This document shows positions 12,990-25,730 of a stretch of 64,000 nt of DNA, piece after piece. The notes under the pieces are model-generated. The model was given only the letters and a program-made list of their open reading frames with translations, ran no database searches and was not told the origin of the DNA. Source of the stretch: Setoptus koraiensis (Eukaryota; Animalia; Arthropoda); assembly GCA_048013815.1 (NCBI GenBank), contig CM106585.1:10974001-11038000 (forward strand), written 5' to 3'. A program made the position numbers and the translations under genes. Numbering within the stretch: the stretch's first letter is position 1; the number at the start of each line of letters is the position of its first letter.

Positions 12990-14450
12990 CTGACACTTTT
13001 TGTCCAATCAATACTCAATCACGCTCAAGCAATCTGATGTTGATGATCGTCTTTTGGATTAATTAATCTCTATGGACCCCATATTCGTCATCGTTTCAGT
13101 GCTGGATTATAAATGCAAACGGGACAGTTGGTGTCACACTTCGAACGGAACATGGGAATTGTATCAGGGTGCCAATGGCAGTTACGAAGCTCACTCCAGC
13201 GGCTCAAATAGGGATATACAGATTTAGTGTATATTTAGTGGCCGGCTATTTTTGCACGGGTGATTGTGCATGGGCATTGTGATATTTATGTGATTGCAAT
13301 GTTGTCAACTTGACCAGATGAGCAGAACCAAAAATGCCCAAAGATGAGTTAACGTTGCCACGCTAACCAACGATCAGCATGTCTAAATTGATTTGCAATG
13401 GGCTGGATTGTATTTGCAGAATTGGTTCGATAAATAAAATAAGCTGATTGTCAAAACCAGAGTCCGGTGGCAAATCTATAAACATAGACATAGCAGTGAG
13501 CACGTACTGTTTTATCTTTTCTTACCACGTGTTAACATATTTGTATTTCTTACAATTGTTAGTTAGCACAAGCAATTGTAGTGTTGTTAAAATAATATGC
13601 CTGATACACTATGCGAACACAGTAGCTTGCAAACATATACGATTTATCTATATTATCAAATTATTTTTTATAATCATCACTGAATACAAGCGCAAACCGC
13701 CCATCAAATCTAATAGCAGCATCCTCACTGGGCACGCTACATGATACATGTACATATGGATTTAGGCAATATATGGATATATCCATATGCGGATATATGG
13801 ATATATGTGATGCATGGATATGTGTGATGTATGGATATGCGTGATATATGGAGACATGACCAAGAACGATGGAAATCATTTAGCACGTCGCCAACAGCGC
13901 TGAATACGAAGCGACTGGACACACAGAGCATGGAATGTTTGTCACATTGGTTTGTCACAGATACGATGCCATGTTGGCAATTTGTATGGCAATTTAAATC
14001 TTGATCAATTTAATTTATCCAACTTATCTCCGGTTAAATTGGTAAAACTACAACAATTGGCGCGTATCGTTATGCGGTTAAGTGTATGGGCCAAGTGTAT
14101 CGGCGCACCACTGCCAACTACTGAATATAGTATTAGTTAGTGTTTGGCATATCGCTAGGTGCAAGCGGAACATAGGACACCATATCTAAATTACTATGGC
14201 TGCTGTTCCAATAGCATTGATGCTGTCACTGCCATTGGAAGTTGCCCGCCAGTATATGAACAAAAAATATCCTGCTTATGCACCCATATCGATGTATTTA
14301 ATTTATTTTGCACTGGCAGCATGTATGTAAATAATGCTGCACAGAATATATTATTTGGCCCAATATTTAAGGCATTTTCAGTATTCGTGGCGGGTATCGC
14401 GTCTATTGTTTGCCAGACAACAAGACACTCTGAGGCCCCTGACATGAGTT
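12990..14450 (+). pseudogene. NCLX (SLC8B1) exon-2 pseudogene with intron remnant
   Basis: 13071-13237 matches 10762-10935 (VLDYKCKRDSWC vs VLDYECKRDNWC). 13970-14450 matches about 11160-11590 (VGNLYGNL vs WGNSLGDI; KKYPAYAPISMYLIYFALAACM* vs KKYFGYALISMYLIYFVTAICI). 13017-13043 matches the intron. Stops, indels and insertions throughout. Confidence 0.85.
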
Positions 14451-15594
14451 GCTGCGAACTCAAAGTTGGCTCAGGCAGAGTTGCTGCGAGTGAGTTGATA
14501 TATGTTGTTGAAATATATATTGTGTTTATTCCTCGCTAGAAACTAGCAAGTGGCCAATGTGCGTTCAATTATGAGTGACACTGACACTTGTCACACTAAA
14601 TCGTGTTGAAGTGACCAGCCACAACAGCAACAACAGCAACAACAACGTTTCTATACAACATGCTGATGATAATAACAAATAAGCGCACATTGTGCCATAG
14701 ACGGATGTGCCACTGATAGACATGACGGTGCCGAGCGGTCATGGGCCCCAGTGCACTTCACATTGCTGACCAGTGGTCAGTTTGCGCCGGTCAGTTTGCG
14801 GCTGGTCAGTTTGCGGCTGTTGCTGCGTGGCCGGTCAGTGCGTGGCCGCAATGGCCGGGAATCGGGAGCCGGGAATTAGTGTGACTGGCAGCAAGTGTCA
14901 CATGGCACAACAAGAGCACTCGTTGTTTACACTGGCTAGTGCCAGTTGTGTGCTGTCAGCGATGCGCGTCACTTATCCGAGATATGCAAATATCCATGCA
15001 ACTGCATAAGAGGTCGCGCTGTCGAAGCAATCGCCAGAGCGTCTGTCAGACGAGCCAACGAGCCAAGGATAAGTGACGGATAAATATATCCTCTGCTATC
15101 CTATATAGTGGCGCTGGTGGGCTGCTCATGCGCATGCTCGAGCGCAGCCAATAGGCAGTGGAAACATTGTGGAAACAACTTGCGTTTTGTAGCAATCGAC
15201 GTTGCCAGCAAACTGCTACTGCGAAGCCAACAACAATTGCCACTGTCGTGGTATCTCGCTAGCAAAAGTTGCGCGCTCGTTGCGAACAGTTTCGAGTTGT
15301 TCGGCCACAATTGAGCCAATTGTGACCAAAATCCAACATATCGACCGAGTTTGACCAATTCGACACAAATCGACGCAATTCGACACAATTCGACACATTT
15401 CTACACAGTTCGGCACAGTTCGGCACAGCTCCGAACAGCAGCATCAACAATTCACAAGTACAATATCTCGTAATAGCCAACAATAACAGTCTCACAATAT
15501 AATATAAATTGCGTGTCGACACAGCTAGACGCAGCCAGTTTGACGCGATCCATTGGCGGCCACCAGTAATTAGCGAGCGCCGGTAATTAGTGAA

Positions 15595-16404
15595 ATGGCC
15601 TCAAGTAACAGCATTCAGCAGCAACAGCAGGCGCGCCGGCCCAAATGCGCCCGGTGCAGAAATCACGGCATGATATCGTGGCTGAAGGGACACAAGCGAC
15701 ACTGCAAATTCAAGGATTGTTTGTGCCAAAAGTGCAATCTCATTTTCGAGCGACAACGAATAATGGCTGCGCAAGTGGCGCTAAAACGACAACAGGCTCA
15801 GGAGGAAACATTCGCCAAGAGTCTCAAGGAAATGACCACAGGTGAGCAGTGCGGCTCGCATCTGCCGCCCGGACCTATATTCGGCATGGTGGTGACAGAT
15901 CCGCAGATACCCAACAGCAACAGCAACCACAGCAACCACAGCACCCACAACAACCACAACAACCACATCAGCAACAGCAACAACAACGGCAACAACAACA
16001 TTAGCAACAGCAACAACAACAGCAACAACAACAACAGCAGCAGCAGCAGCACAAAACAGCAACAACAACAACAACAGCTACAGCTACAAACAAGTGTCAA
16101 CCAGAGACAAGCGCGCGCAAACAATAATTGCGATGCCCAAAGTGATCAAGTGTCTATGATCAGTGTTGTAAAATCATTGTCGCCCTCTACAACGCAATCA
16201 TCGCATAGATCACAGTCATCACACAGAAGCGCAGACCAACAGCAACAGCCAGGTGATTTGACCACCACCACCAGAGTACAACAACAACAACAACAACAAT
16301 CAATTAATGTCATGTCGTTGTTGATGCAAAACAACGCAAGCCACATAACCACCAGTAGACACCATCATCATCATCATCATCATCACCATTTGTCGTCGGA
16401 GGAC

Positions 16405-16436
<32 letters not shown>

Positions 16437-16632
16437 CGACGATGACAATGTCAATGTTGTCGATCACTCGTTGCATCATTTCGTCCAATCAATACATCAC
16501 ATCAACCATATAGCGCCACAGCAACAGCAGCAGCAGCAACAACAACAACCGCAACAACTAATAAGAGACACAATGGACACAAACAAGCAACAGTCGAGCA
16601 AGAGCAAATTTGTTTGGAGGCCCTTCCTGTAA
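15595..16632 (+). CDS. dmrt93B: DM-domain (doublesex/mab-3-related) transcription factor, Dmrt93B-like, intronless, 345 aa
   Basis: DM domain [67 protein letters not shown] and [17 protein letters not shown] resemble the Dmrt93B group, so the subfamily call is less certain than the family call. Poly-N/Q/H/D low-complexity C-terminal part. Confidence 0.9.
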
Positions 16633-16747
16633 ATCATGTCACTGAGCTCACGAATCATCGTCTCACTTAACTTGCGACTCACAACATGCAATTTATAACT
16701 TGTAGGCGACAGTGAGTTGCTTCGACGCTACGGTAACGCGAATGTCA

Positions 16748-17380
16748 CTTTATAGGACGGTCACAACAACCGCGCGCAACAACCACGTGCAGAATACGTG
16801 CATGAATTTGCATGATGTAAACGGCGTGCGTGCCCATTGGAAACGTATGTTTTATTATTGGTGCATAAATGTATAAGTAATATAGCCACAATAAACAATA
16901 GACAGCATAAAGTCGACATAAGTGAAGCAAATTGAATCAATTGAATCAAATTAAATCAAATCTGACATTGTCAGTTGAGCCAATCAAAGTTGGCCGTTGT
17001 TTGTGTTGTTGTTTGTGTTGGTCCATCGGCGACCAATTGCCAATGTTTACCTTGCCTCACGAGTCATGACCGATCGGCCAACATATTATACACACGCATT
17101 ATATTGTATGTAATATACTAATATGTATACTAGTATGTATACTAATATGTATACTAGTATGTATACTAGTATGTGTGTGCGCTGACCACTAGGCGAGCCA
17201 GCCGGCTAATTGAGGTCATTGCTAGCTCCATTATTTACCTATGAATATGTTTGTTTGCACGTATTGGTGGTCTGGTCAATTGGAGTTGCTTGAGGTTTGT
17301 TCAAGGTGAAGATTGATTCCAATCAATTGTGCTCTCTCATTGCGACCACCAACAATGCAAGTTGGCCAACTGCAAACAAG
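16748..17380 (+). repeat. Duplicated non-coding segment, copy 2 (Dmrt 3' flank)
   Basis: Direct similarity to 12368-12929; contains an inserted 12-bp ACTA(G/A)TATGTAT tandem array at about 17115-17175. Confidence 0.9.
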
Positions 17381-20300
17381 TTACAACAAACAAACTTTCA
17401 TAACAAAGCCCCATTCGTTTATCCACTCACTTATCCATTCACTATCGCTGGCATCACCAACTCAGCATCGGCGCACCGATATCAGCAGCGGACTGACCCA
17501 ACTGACGCCGGCGTCGTCCAGTCTATCGCATGACGCCGTCACGTTGGTCGCATTGGTCATTTGGGTCGCGTTGGGTCGCGTTGGGTCGCGTTGGTCATAT
17601 CGTTCACATGGGTGTGCCAACGGTGTTATATTTGCATAAATTATCAGCTAGCGGCTGCGGCAAGTGTGACAAGTGCAGTGACGAGTGCATATAAACAACA
17701 CATTGTGGCCCAATGTTGAGCTCATCACAGACAAACAATGACATTGAGTTTCTGGAATGTGGCCCGTTCTTCTCGAACACTTGTCGCTTGTCATCGGTTG
17801 TGCGTTGTCTCAATTGCAATTGTCTCACTCACGACACTGTCGCTGTTTCTGTCACTGTTGTTGTTGTTGTTGCTGCTGCTGCTGTTGTTGTTGCTGCTGT
17901 TGCTGTTGTTGTGATAATATTGTTGTGTGCCAATTGAATATTGACCACGAGCAAATAGTGTGTCAATGACAGCGCGCATCGGCCTACTTATGACAGTCAG
18001 CTACAACTTATCGACCGATGCCAGCCGACGCCAGCCGATCTGGAGCAAGTGCCACTGAGCCACCAAATGACAGCTGAATGACGTGCGCAACACTCTCCAG
18101 AGGCACGATGATTGACGCGACCAAAACAGCCCAACGACCAACCAACAAATCCCACAATTGAGGCCCCTCACACGGCGAGCGGATAAATCAATTTGACGCG
18201 CCACAATCGGCACAGCCAATCGGGGCCAATTCTGGCGCGTTTGTGGTGGGCGCCGATCAACTGGAAATGCTCTCATTTTTCGCACATACCAAACTCACAC
18301 ACACATAACAAATGAGCGTTAAATTATCTTTTCGTTGATTCCACAACAAATGACTCATCTCGTTCGTCGATACTGCCCATTTGTATTTTATTTTCTGTGT
18401 GTGTGTGTGTTTGTTTGTATCACCATCGACAACATATAAAATGTATGCAATAGTTGTAAATTGAAAGCTAGCTAGTTTTAAATTAAAACGCTTAAAATAA
18501 CACATTACACTAAATGTTTTCTCACAAAAATAACATCATTTAACACTTGGCACTCCGGTGAGCTTATCCATGAATTTACCTTGATATAAGTTGTTATTAG
18601 CTGTTAAGTTAACTAACAAGTTGTATTAATATTAAAGTTAACTTGTTATGTTGTACACTCAGGCACTCGGCCAAATGTAAACGTGATTGGCCACTTGAAT
18701 GCCATTGTTTTATTGCGCTATTATTGTTGGCTTGTTGTAATTGCACCTGAACATACAAGTGATAGCAACCAACTGCTAGACACAACAACTGCCAACAACC
18801 AAACTGAACGCAGTTTCGACACACACACACACACACAGCAAATTCAAATTTAAATTTAAATTTGAATCTCGATATAAAGCTTGTGTTTGCTCAACCAACT
18901 CAAATAAAATGTGAAATCTTTATTTCGCTTACTCCCCGACGATTGCTCGTTCTGATCGTTTGTATAATGTATAATGTATGATGTATATAATCTAATGATC
19001 AAGTGTTAGATTGTGTGTGTCAGGCAACCGACACAGAAATAAAGTTAGTAAAAATAAAATAAAAAAAAAGTTGATTATTGACTATTAAAAAGTAAGTTTT
19101 GACCCTTGACAAGTATCACAGGTAAACAAAACATTTGAGCGCACTCGTCTAGCTTAAGTTGGTGGGCAGTTAAACAAGCCATTGTTGTGACTTGACATGC
19201 GAGATTTTGCTTGATTTTGCTTGATTTTGCTTGATTTCGCTTGAATTGAATCAACGAGGAAAACAGCCCAACGCCAGCTAGATTGTGCGCCCGGCCCATC
19301 AACTGCCGCCAACCAATTGTCTCAGCAACCGGACCCGACTCTGGTGCGACTGTAACGCTGCTGGCTCCGGCCACCACAGTCCGGTGCCAGTCACAGTGGC
19401 AAGGTTGCCAGTGTCAAGAGGTAACGGGCCCGTTTGTTATAGGCTCGCTGGCTGGCTGGTTTGTTTGTTTGTGGCAGTTTGTTTGTATAGGTTACACAAG
19501 AGCGAGCCAGCAGTGATATCTTAGTCTGGCTCTGTTGTCATGTTATTGTTATACTTTATTTACTTATATATCCCATTTCCAACTGCAACTTGACAATCTC
19601 TGTCTCACTGTCTGTTCCATTGTTCGCTTCTGGCCACACCAATCGCCGGGACGACAGACGACTCTATATCAACTTTGCAATTGTGTGATCAAGTTATATG
19701 ATTCTCTCTCTCTCAACAGACTCAATTCATGTTGTTATATAATTGTGTGCCTACGCTGTCAATACACACGCTTGCTCCACAGCAAACATATAGACAAATC
19801 ATTTATATTCATGTGTCATAGTGGCGCTGCTTCGAAAAGCCACAAATCGCATACAGTCGCCATTTCGACAGAAACTCTCTGTCGGAGAGCCAGCCAGCCA
19901 GCGAGAAAGGCAACAAACAAACAAACATGCAGTTATATACACGGTATCCATCCCATTGGCAACTAGCGCTGAACAAGTTGGCATCATAGTATAAAGTGAC
20001 AGACACATATCATGTCTATATAAATAATCAGTAGTTGCCAATAGTAGAAACAGCATGAAAAGAATAGCAAAATGGCCAACGGATTTGATTCAATATGTAA
20101 ATAATTTGAATCACATTTGACGCCACTTCTCAGGCTGCATTGAGCATACTCTGCTGCCTCTTACACTTACGCTAGCGCTGGCTCGCCGACTAGCTCACTG
20201 GCCTCACCATAATCACATCTTAGCTGCCTGCTATTTCATAGGAGCCAGCTATGATGTGTAAGAATTATGAGAATATGCAAATTTGGGGGCGCGTTTCATT

Positions 20301-22271
20301 TTGCAATAACAATCATGGCTGCTATAACAACACAAGCGAGCGCCCACAATTTGTGTGTTTGTGGTTCAACTGGCGCCAACCAATTGGTACCAATTGGTAC
20401 CAATTGGTATGACGTAAGAACGCGGCGACGCTGTGAAACAAAATGCCAACTAATCGTAATTCGTTAGCTGTTTGTCTCTGGCGATCGTTGGACGCCCTAT
20501 CAAAGGTATCCGAGGTATCAGAGCATCAATCCCCTGTGATTGCCAAGCGGCTCAACAGTGGGCGAGCCGCGCACCCAAGAGGCGCCCGATTTAGCGCTTC
20601 TGATTGCCACAATATACCTCTCACAATCTCCTGATTCTCTGATTGAATTAGCCATTTCTGGCCATTTCTCACTCATTTACGTCACTCATACTCACTGTAT
20701 ACTTATACACTGCACACTCATACTCTGTATACTCATATCTCACATCTACACGAGTATACAAACCGTTGCAACTCTACAGATACAATGCGGCCCAAATGAA
20801 TAGTGCGGCCATATGAAAAATCACGTTCTTTGCGCGCTGATTGCACGTTGCACCATATCTATCTCATTGAGATTCATCACGCCAATATCTATATCAACAA
20901 CATATATACTTGCGACTTGATGGCGCCAGTTCCCCAGTTGCCGCCAACAACACAATTTGACAGCAGCACAGTTAAATCAGTGGATTACGTCACACCGTCT
21001 ACAAACCATGCCAACCACAAACAAGGTGTTTGTTTGCAACACTCATCACTTTCTTTCAGCCTATCTCCTCTATCGCTTCGGGGCGATCCCCCCGTTTTGC
21101 CAAATCCCCCGTGGGGCTCACCCGGTTTTAGCATCGCCTGCAATGAGCAGCCAAACTTGCAGCTCCAATCTTGCAACCAACACAAACCGTTGCTACAAGC
21201 CCCATTCGGATTCTTCGGGCCCACTTCTCCGTTTGTGGATATCGCGCCACACGCTATCCACGCTCCATCAATGTCATAAACTCATCGTCGTACAAACGCA
21301 CTGATATATGCAAAGCACACCGGGCCTCTTTAGTGGCCCATGGCCAAGTCCCCCCGGAAGACCCCACATCTCTCATTTCGGCCGCTTTTCGGCTGTTTCC
21401 ATCAAGCACAACTGCAGAAAACGGATAATAAACACACGCACAGATACTTTGAGATCAAGACCCGGGCGTAAGACCCGAGGATCAAGAGCCCAAGCGTCGG
21501 TTTTGGCAGCTTATCCATTGAAAAATCCCAATCTCCCACTCCGGCAGACGGGAGACTTCTCCCCGGGAGATCCCGTAACGCCCACTTCTCCGGTTTCTCG
21601 TCCGGTAAAATCTATCGGATTTCAATGTTCGATAGGTATCTGTCAAGCGTATTGTTCTCAGAGCATCCCGTGGAGAGATTGCGGAAAAAACTTGCGAAAC
21701 TCTCTCTTCCCAGGAAGTGATCAGCAGTGACCGCTCCCCGGGCAAGAGAGGGGAGATGGGAGAGGGTGGTGCAACTGTCCTTGTGACAGCTGAATTCATT
21801 GTCAATTGAATGACGCATTTTGAGGCATTTCTGCTATGCCTTGTGCCATAGGTGAAGCTTTCCCATTGCACCTGCATGAACATTTGAGAATGTCCGCCAG
21901 GGCGGCGCTGTAGAGCTTTCTTTGTGCAGTCTCGACAAAGCGATCATTCGCCTGTTAACACTGCAAACACTGCATGTTTTTGGGTCTATTGTCGAAGTGG
22001 GCCAAGTTGAAAAAAGAAACATTCAGCGGAACGCTGATTTTCTGGCGTTGCAAGCGCGCGTAGCGGACCTTTTTCGCATCAATATTTTTCACATTGCAAG
22101 GCGTTCAGTACAGTTATTTCAGAAAATCTATGAGTTGCGGGGGAAGCGATCATGTGCATTGCCCTGCGCATAATAGTGCACAAACTTCCAGTTGCTCTAG
22201 TTAGCGTTCGCAAGCGCACAGCTCACAATATTGTCAGCACAATATCTCCCTCTTGTGCCCAAACTTAACGT

Positions 22272-22312
22272 TATAAATGTATGCTTGTGAGCTATTTACG
22301 TTAGTTTCAGTT
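22272..22312 (+). promoter_or_regulatory. Candidate TATA plus initiator core promoter for the small WNDPP ORF
   Basis: TATAAA at 22272-22277 followed about 30 bp later by TTAGTT/TCAGTT (22301-22312), matching arthropod Inr spacing. Confidence 0.35.
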
Positions 22313-22506
22313 CATCAGTAGGAATGCAAATATAACAAATATTTTTTGACCATATCGTTGTTAGACCTTTTAAAAATATTTATCACTATTATAATTGTTG
22401 TAAATTATAAGTTAGATTGAATTGTTATTTTCTCATATACATTATTTACTCGTTTTGGTATTTATTCTAGTTGATAGTAAAAATAGAAATTATTAAATTA
22501 TACATT

Positions 22507-22791
22507 ATGGCCTGGAACGATCCACCCAGCTTCAATCTAGATCAATTAACTAACTCTGCGCCTTCCAGGAGATTCAAATATCCTAATGGACCAGTCCCTA
22601 ACAATCCACAAGCACAAATTGTACCTGGCCAACCGTCCAATGGCCAGCAAGTGAATCAGCAATACCAGCAGTATCCACAATACCCACAATACCAGCCGTA
22701 TCAACAATATCAGCCTCAACCTGCCACTCCAGCTGATCAATGTCAATCAAATCTGCCTCATGCTCAAGCGCCTTTTGCTGTGAGAAAATAA
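22507..22791 (+). CDS. Small Gln/Pro/Tyr-rich protein (94 aa) with N-terminal WNDPP motif (SRA1/Sec31-like)
   Basis: ATG at 22507 gives MAWNDPPSFNLDQL...RRFKYP. WNDPP is the conserved N-terminal motif of SRA1 and also occurs in Sec31. It sits inside the housekeeping island with promoter-like elements upstream. No SRA1 C-terminal domain seen. Confidence 0.55.
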   Translation: MAWNDPPSFNLDQLTNSAPSRRFKYPNGPVPNNPQAQIVPGQPSNGQQVNQQYQQYPQYPQYQPYQQYQPQPATPADQCQSNLPHAQAPFAVRK

Positions 22792-24261
22792 TATATCGGT
22801 AAGTAGAATTATTTGCGCTGTTGTAAATGCTAATGTGATCCCAAAATAAAAATTTGAATTTGCTGTTCCCATTACAATCCACAGATGCCAGAACACGGGT
22901 GCCAAACCAAGGCAGGTTACGATGCAGCAAGTAGATATGATACCGCGCTTAGTATAAATTAAAATATGACGCCATTGAGGTAGGAGGCTGGTGACCAGTC
23001 CATAATTGGCTAAAGATGGATAGGGCTGGAAAATAGTTGACACGAGCAACACGATGAAAGTTGCAAAGTATGGATTGTTTCTCAAGCCGATTGTAATGGG
23101 TACCACATGAATGAAGGCATTGATTTGCACGACCCAAACAAAAAAATCATGAAAATGATCAAACATCTCTGTGAAGAAGTACCAACACATTCCAATATTT
23201 GGGGTTAAGTCTGCTATCTTGAGCCTGTGTGAGATCGATGATAAAGATTAATTATTAAATATGCCCAACAGTGATTTTAACCTTGTTTGAGTGGCAAAAA
23301 GAAAAACTACTTACGAGAACAGAAATGTTCCTGGCATAAAATCAAATGAGTAGTTGCAGAGACAATAAGATATTCCCAAAAGTGTCGCCACTGCTGCCGT
23401 ATACAACAGCAATGATGAATAGATTGTTCGGCCATCTTTTCCAAAGTCGATATTCACATCACGAGTAGTTATATCATGCCCTTGTTCTTTCGAGGCGTTT
23501 CCTCCTTGTTGTTCGACCGAACTCAGAATGTAACTTTGCTCTATACAAAGAATAGCTGGCACTATGATGGTAGAATAATGTAATACATTACATGAGATCA
23601 AAGCTCCTAGGACACATGTCAACAATTTTCCGTTTTTTTGGCTAACTACAATGCTTAACCATGCAATCAATGCGTTTGTAAAAACAGTAGTTGACAGTCC
23701 TACACATGGTAATATTGTTGCGGGGGAGAATAAGTAAACTAAAAAAACTAGCCAACTAGATTCAGTGATATAGGTTGTGGTCAAAGGAACGAATGTTTTT
23801 GGCCAATCCTTTCTATCAAGTTCTTCTATGCGGATGATATTTTCTAGTTGCTTGTAAGCCGCTTTCCTGAGCATGAAGGCAGCTAATATGTCTATAAAGA
23901 TGAAAAAATAAAGAATATTCTTTCCGAAGAGTGCATTTATAGCCCTATAAAATAGTAAACTGATGGGATATTCATGGAAGGTGTCGCCTTCATAGGGTGA
24001 GATATTCTGATCTTGCAGGTGCAATCCCTCCAAAGCTGCAAGAATAAGAGGCAGTAATTGAATTTTATAAAATGTCAGTGGTTAGTTAAGTAAATTGATC
24101 AGTAGTTCATTTTCATTCATTCATTGCTTACCTCTTCTCCAGCTGTTGATTGGGGTGGATATTTCAACTCTCTTTGATATGACATCTTGGAATGAACTGA
24201 GTACGAGACGGACAGAGACTGCCAAAGAAGTATAAATGATTACTTTGCTTATTTTAGACAT
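22747..24261 (-). CDS. PIGU: GPI transamidase subunit PIG-U, 3 exons, 442 aa
   Basis: Exons 24261-24132, 24035-23315 and 23224-22747, with GTAAG...CAG introns that keep the frame. Motifs RVEISTPINSWRR, EGL...SPYEGDTFHEYP, DLTPNIGMCWYFFTEMFDHF, GTANSNFYFGITL. Confidence 0.95.
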
Positions 24262-24573
24262 TATACTTTTCCGCTCTATTTTGCCCGAGTATTATAATGG
24301 TGTTTATCCATCAGATAAAATGGACTGTCTTTGTCTGCCAATGTGCATTTCGAAAAGGCGTGCTCAAGCAGAGTCGCTCACCTGGTCGGTGAAATTCGCG
24401 CCACCTAGGTAAGACTTCAAAAAAATTTGTATAGATCAGTCGTTTATCGACCGGCAATATCTGGATCAGTTCAACTTTACTAAACTTGCCTATTTTATTG
24501 TTTTTTAGTAACATGGCGTGCATCAATTGAAATACACTGTAACTTTACATTATATTCCTCAAGTGGAGGTACC

Positions 24574-25380
24574 TTAATTTTGGTTTGATACCTTCAAGTT
24601 CATCTGATCAAGAAGCTCGTTTTGCTGTTGTTGTTGCGTACTTCGCGCCCCAGGCACATAACCCGATCTTAACAGACTGTTTATCCTATCGATAGACTCG
24701 AGATCCTTGGCCTCTTCGAGCGCTGCTCTGGCCTCCTCGATGGCCCTCTGTTGTCTTTTCTCATGTGAGTCATAATCGTCAACTTCAACCATCTTCTCGG
24801 TGTAGTCGTCATCCTCTTGTTGGTCAGATATCGAAGAGAAGGCTTTTGATTTGATTCGCAATTTAGCCAGCAACGCTTGGCCTTCTTGTCCAGAGAATAG
24901 TTTATTGACTTCTTCGCGTTCCTTACTTTTGATTTTCTTGAAATCTAATAAACGCAGATGAGAGAGTTGGTGGATCACGTATTGTCGGTAATATTTTTTA
25001 GAGGCGACAGGATTATTTATCAAACTTAAAACTCTTAAATTGGTTAGTGTCATCAATGGGTCAATGTCTCCCAGCTCCTGAATATAATTATTGGTTAATA
25101 TTAGTCGCTCTACTTGTGGAATTGATTCATGTAATCCTTGAGATATTTGTGAGATCCTATTATTGTTTAGTAAGATGCATCTCAGACGAGGTAAAAGTGG
25201 AAAGTTTTCTAGTTTCCTGATATCATTGTCAGACAGATCAAAGCAGTCAAATTGATTGAGTGTGGCTCCCAGGTTTTCGATATTAGGTATCTTGAGTGAT
25301 CTGAGCCTCAGTTCTCTATCTGATGTGGCACGATTAGTATATTGATAGGAATTTTCGATGAGGTCAGGCGTGATTCGCAT
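24574..25380 (-). CDS. SNRPA1: U2 snRNP protein A' (leucine-rich repeat), intronless CDS, 268 aa
   Basis: MRITPDLIENSYQYTN...RELRLRSLKIPNIENLGATLNQFDCFDLSDNDIRKLENFPLLPRLRCILLNNNRI...LRLLDFKKIK matches U2A'. Start taken at ATG 25380. Confidence 0.97.
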   Translation of the reverse strand: MRITPDLIENSYQYTNRATSDRELRLRSLKIPNIENLGATLNQFDCFDLSDNDIRKLENFPLLPRLRCILLNNNRISQISQGLHESIPQVERLILTNNYIQELGDIDPLMTLTNLRVLSLINNPVASKKYYRQYVIHQLSHLRLLDFKKIKSKEREEVNKLFSGQEGQALLAKLRIKSKAFSSISDQQEDDDYTEKMVEVDDYDSHEKRQQRAIEEARAALEEAKDLESIDRINSLLRSGYVPGARSTQQQQQNELLDQMNLKVSNQN

Positions 25381-25730
25381 TTTGATCTTAAGGTGACTGT
25401 TACACAAAAAGTTAATAAATTTAATGTTCTAAACCAGACCGTAATTAAAAATTAATGATCCCAACAATTAAATGTGGTTTGTATCTACTTTTCAGAGTGG
25501 GACCTTGAGAGCGAAATTCAAAAAAAAAATCTCGAGCCAAATATGCCTCAAAATGCATTACTAAAGCTTTATTTCAAATTTGACGCCGTACGCTTGTATA
25601 CTAGACTAGAAACCCCAACACATGTAATTACAGAATGATAATAATAATAAACTCGCAATTTTATCAGGCAGCTCTGTAAATTTTTATTATCTTTCGCCTC
25701 GAACTCTAACTACACAATCAAACTTTCATC

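Noticed and set aside
21820-22110. Minus-strand frame with ILKCSCRCNGK, reminiscent of CXC motifs in some DNA transposon proteins
   Set aside because: Interrupted by stops, with only one short Cys cluster and no other transposase motif.
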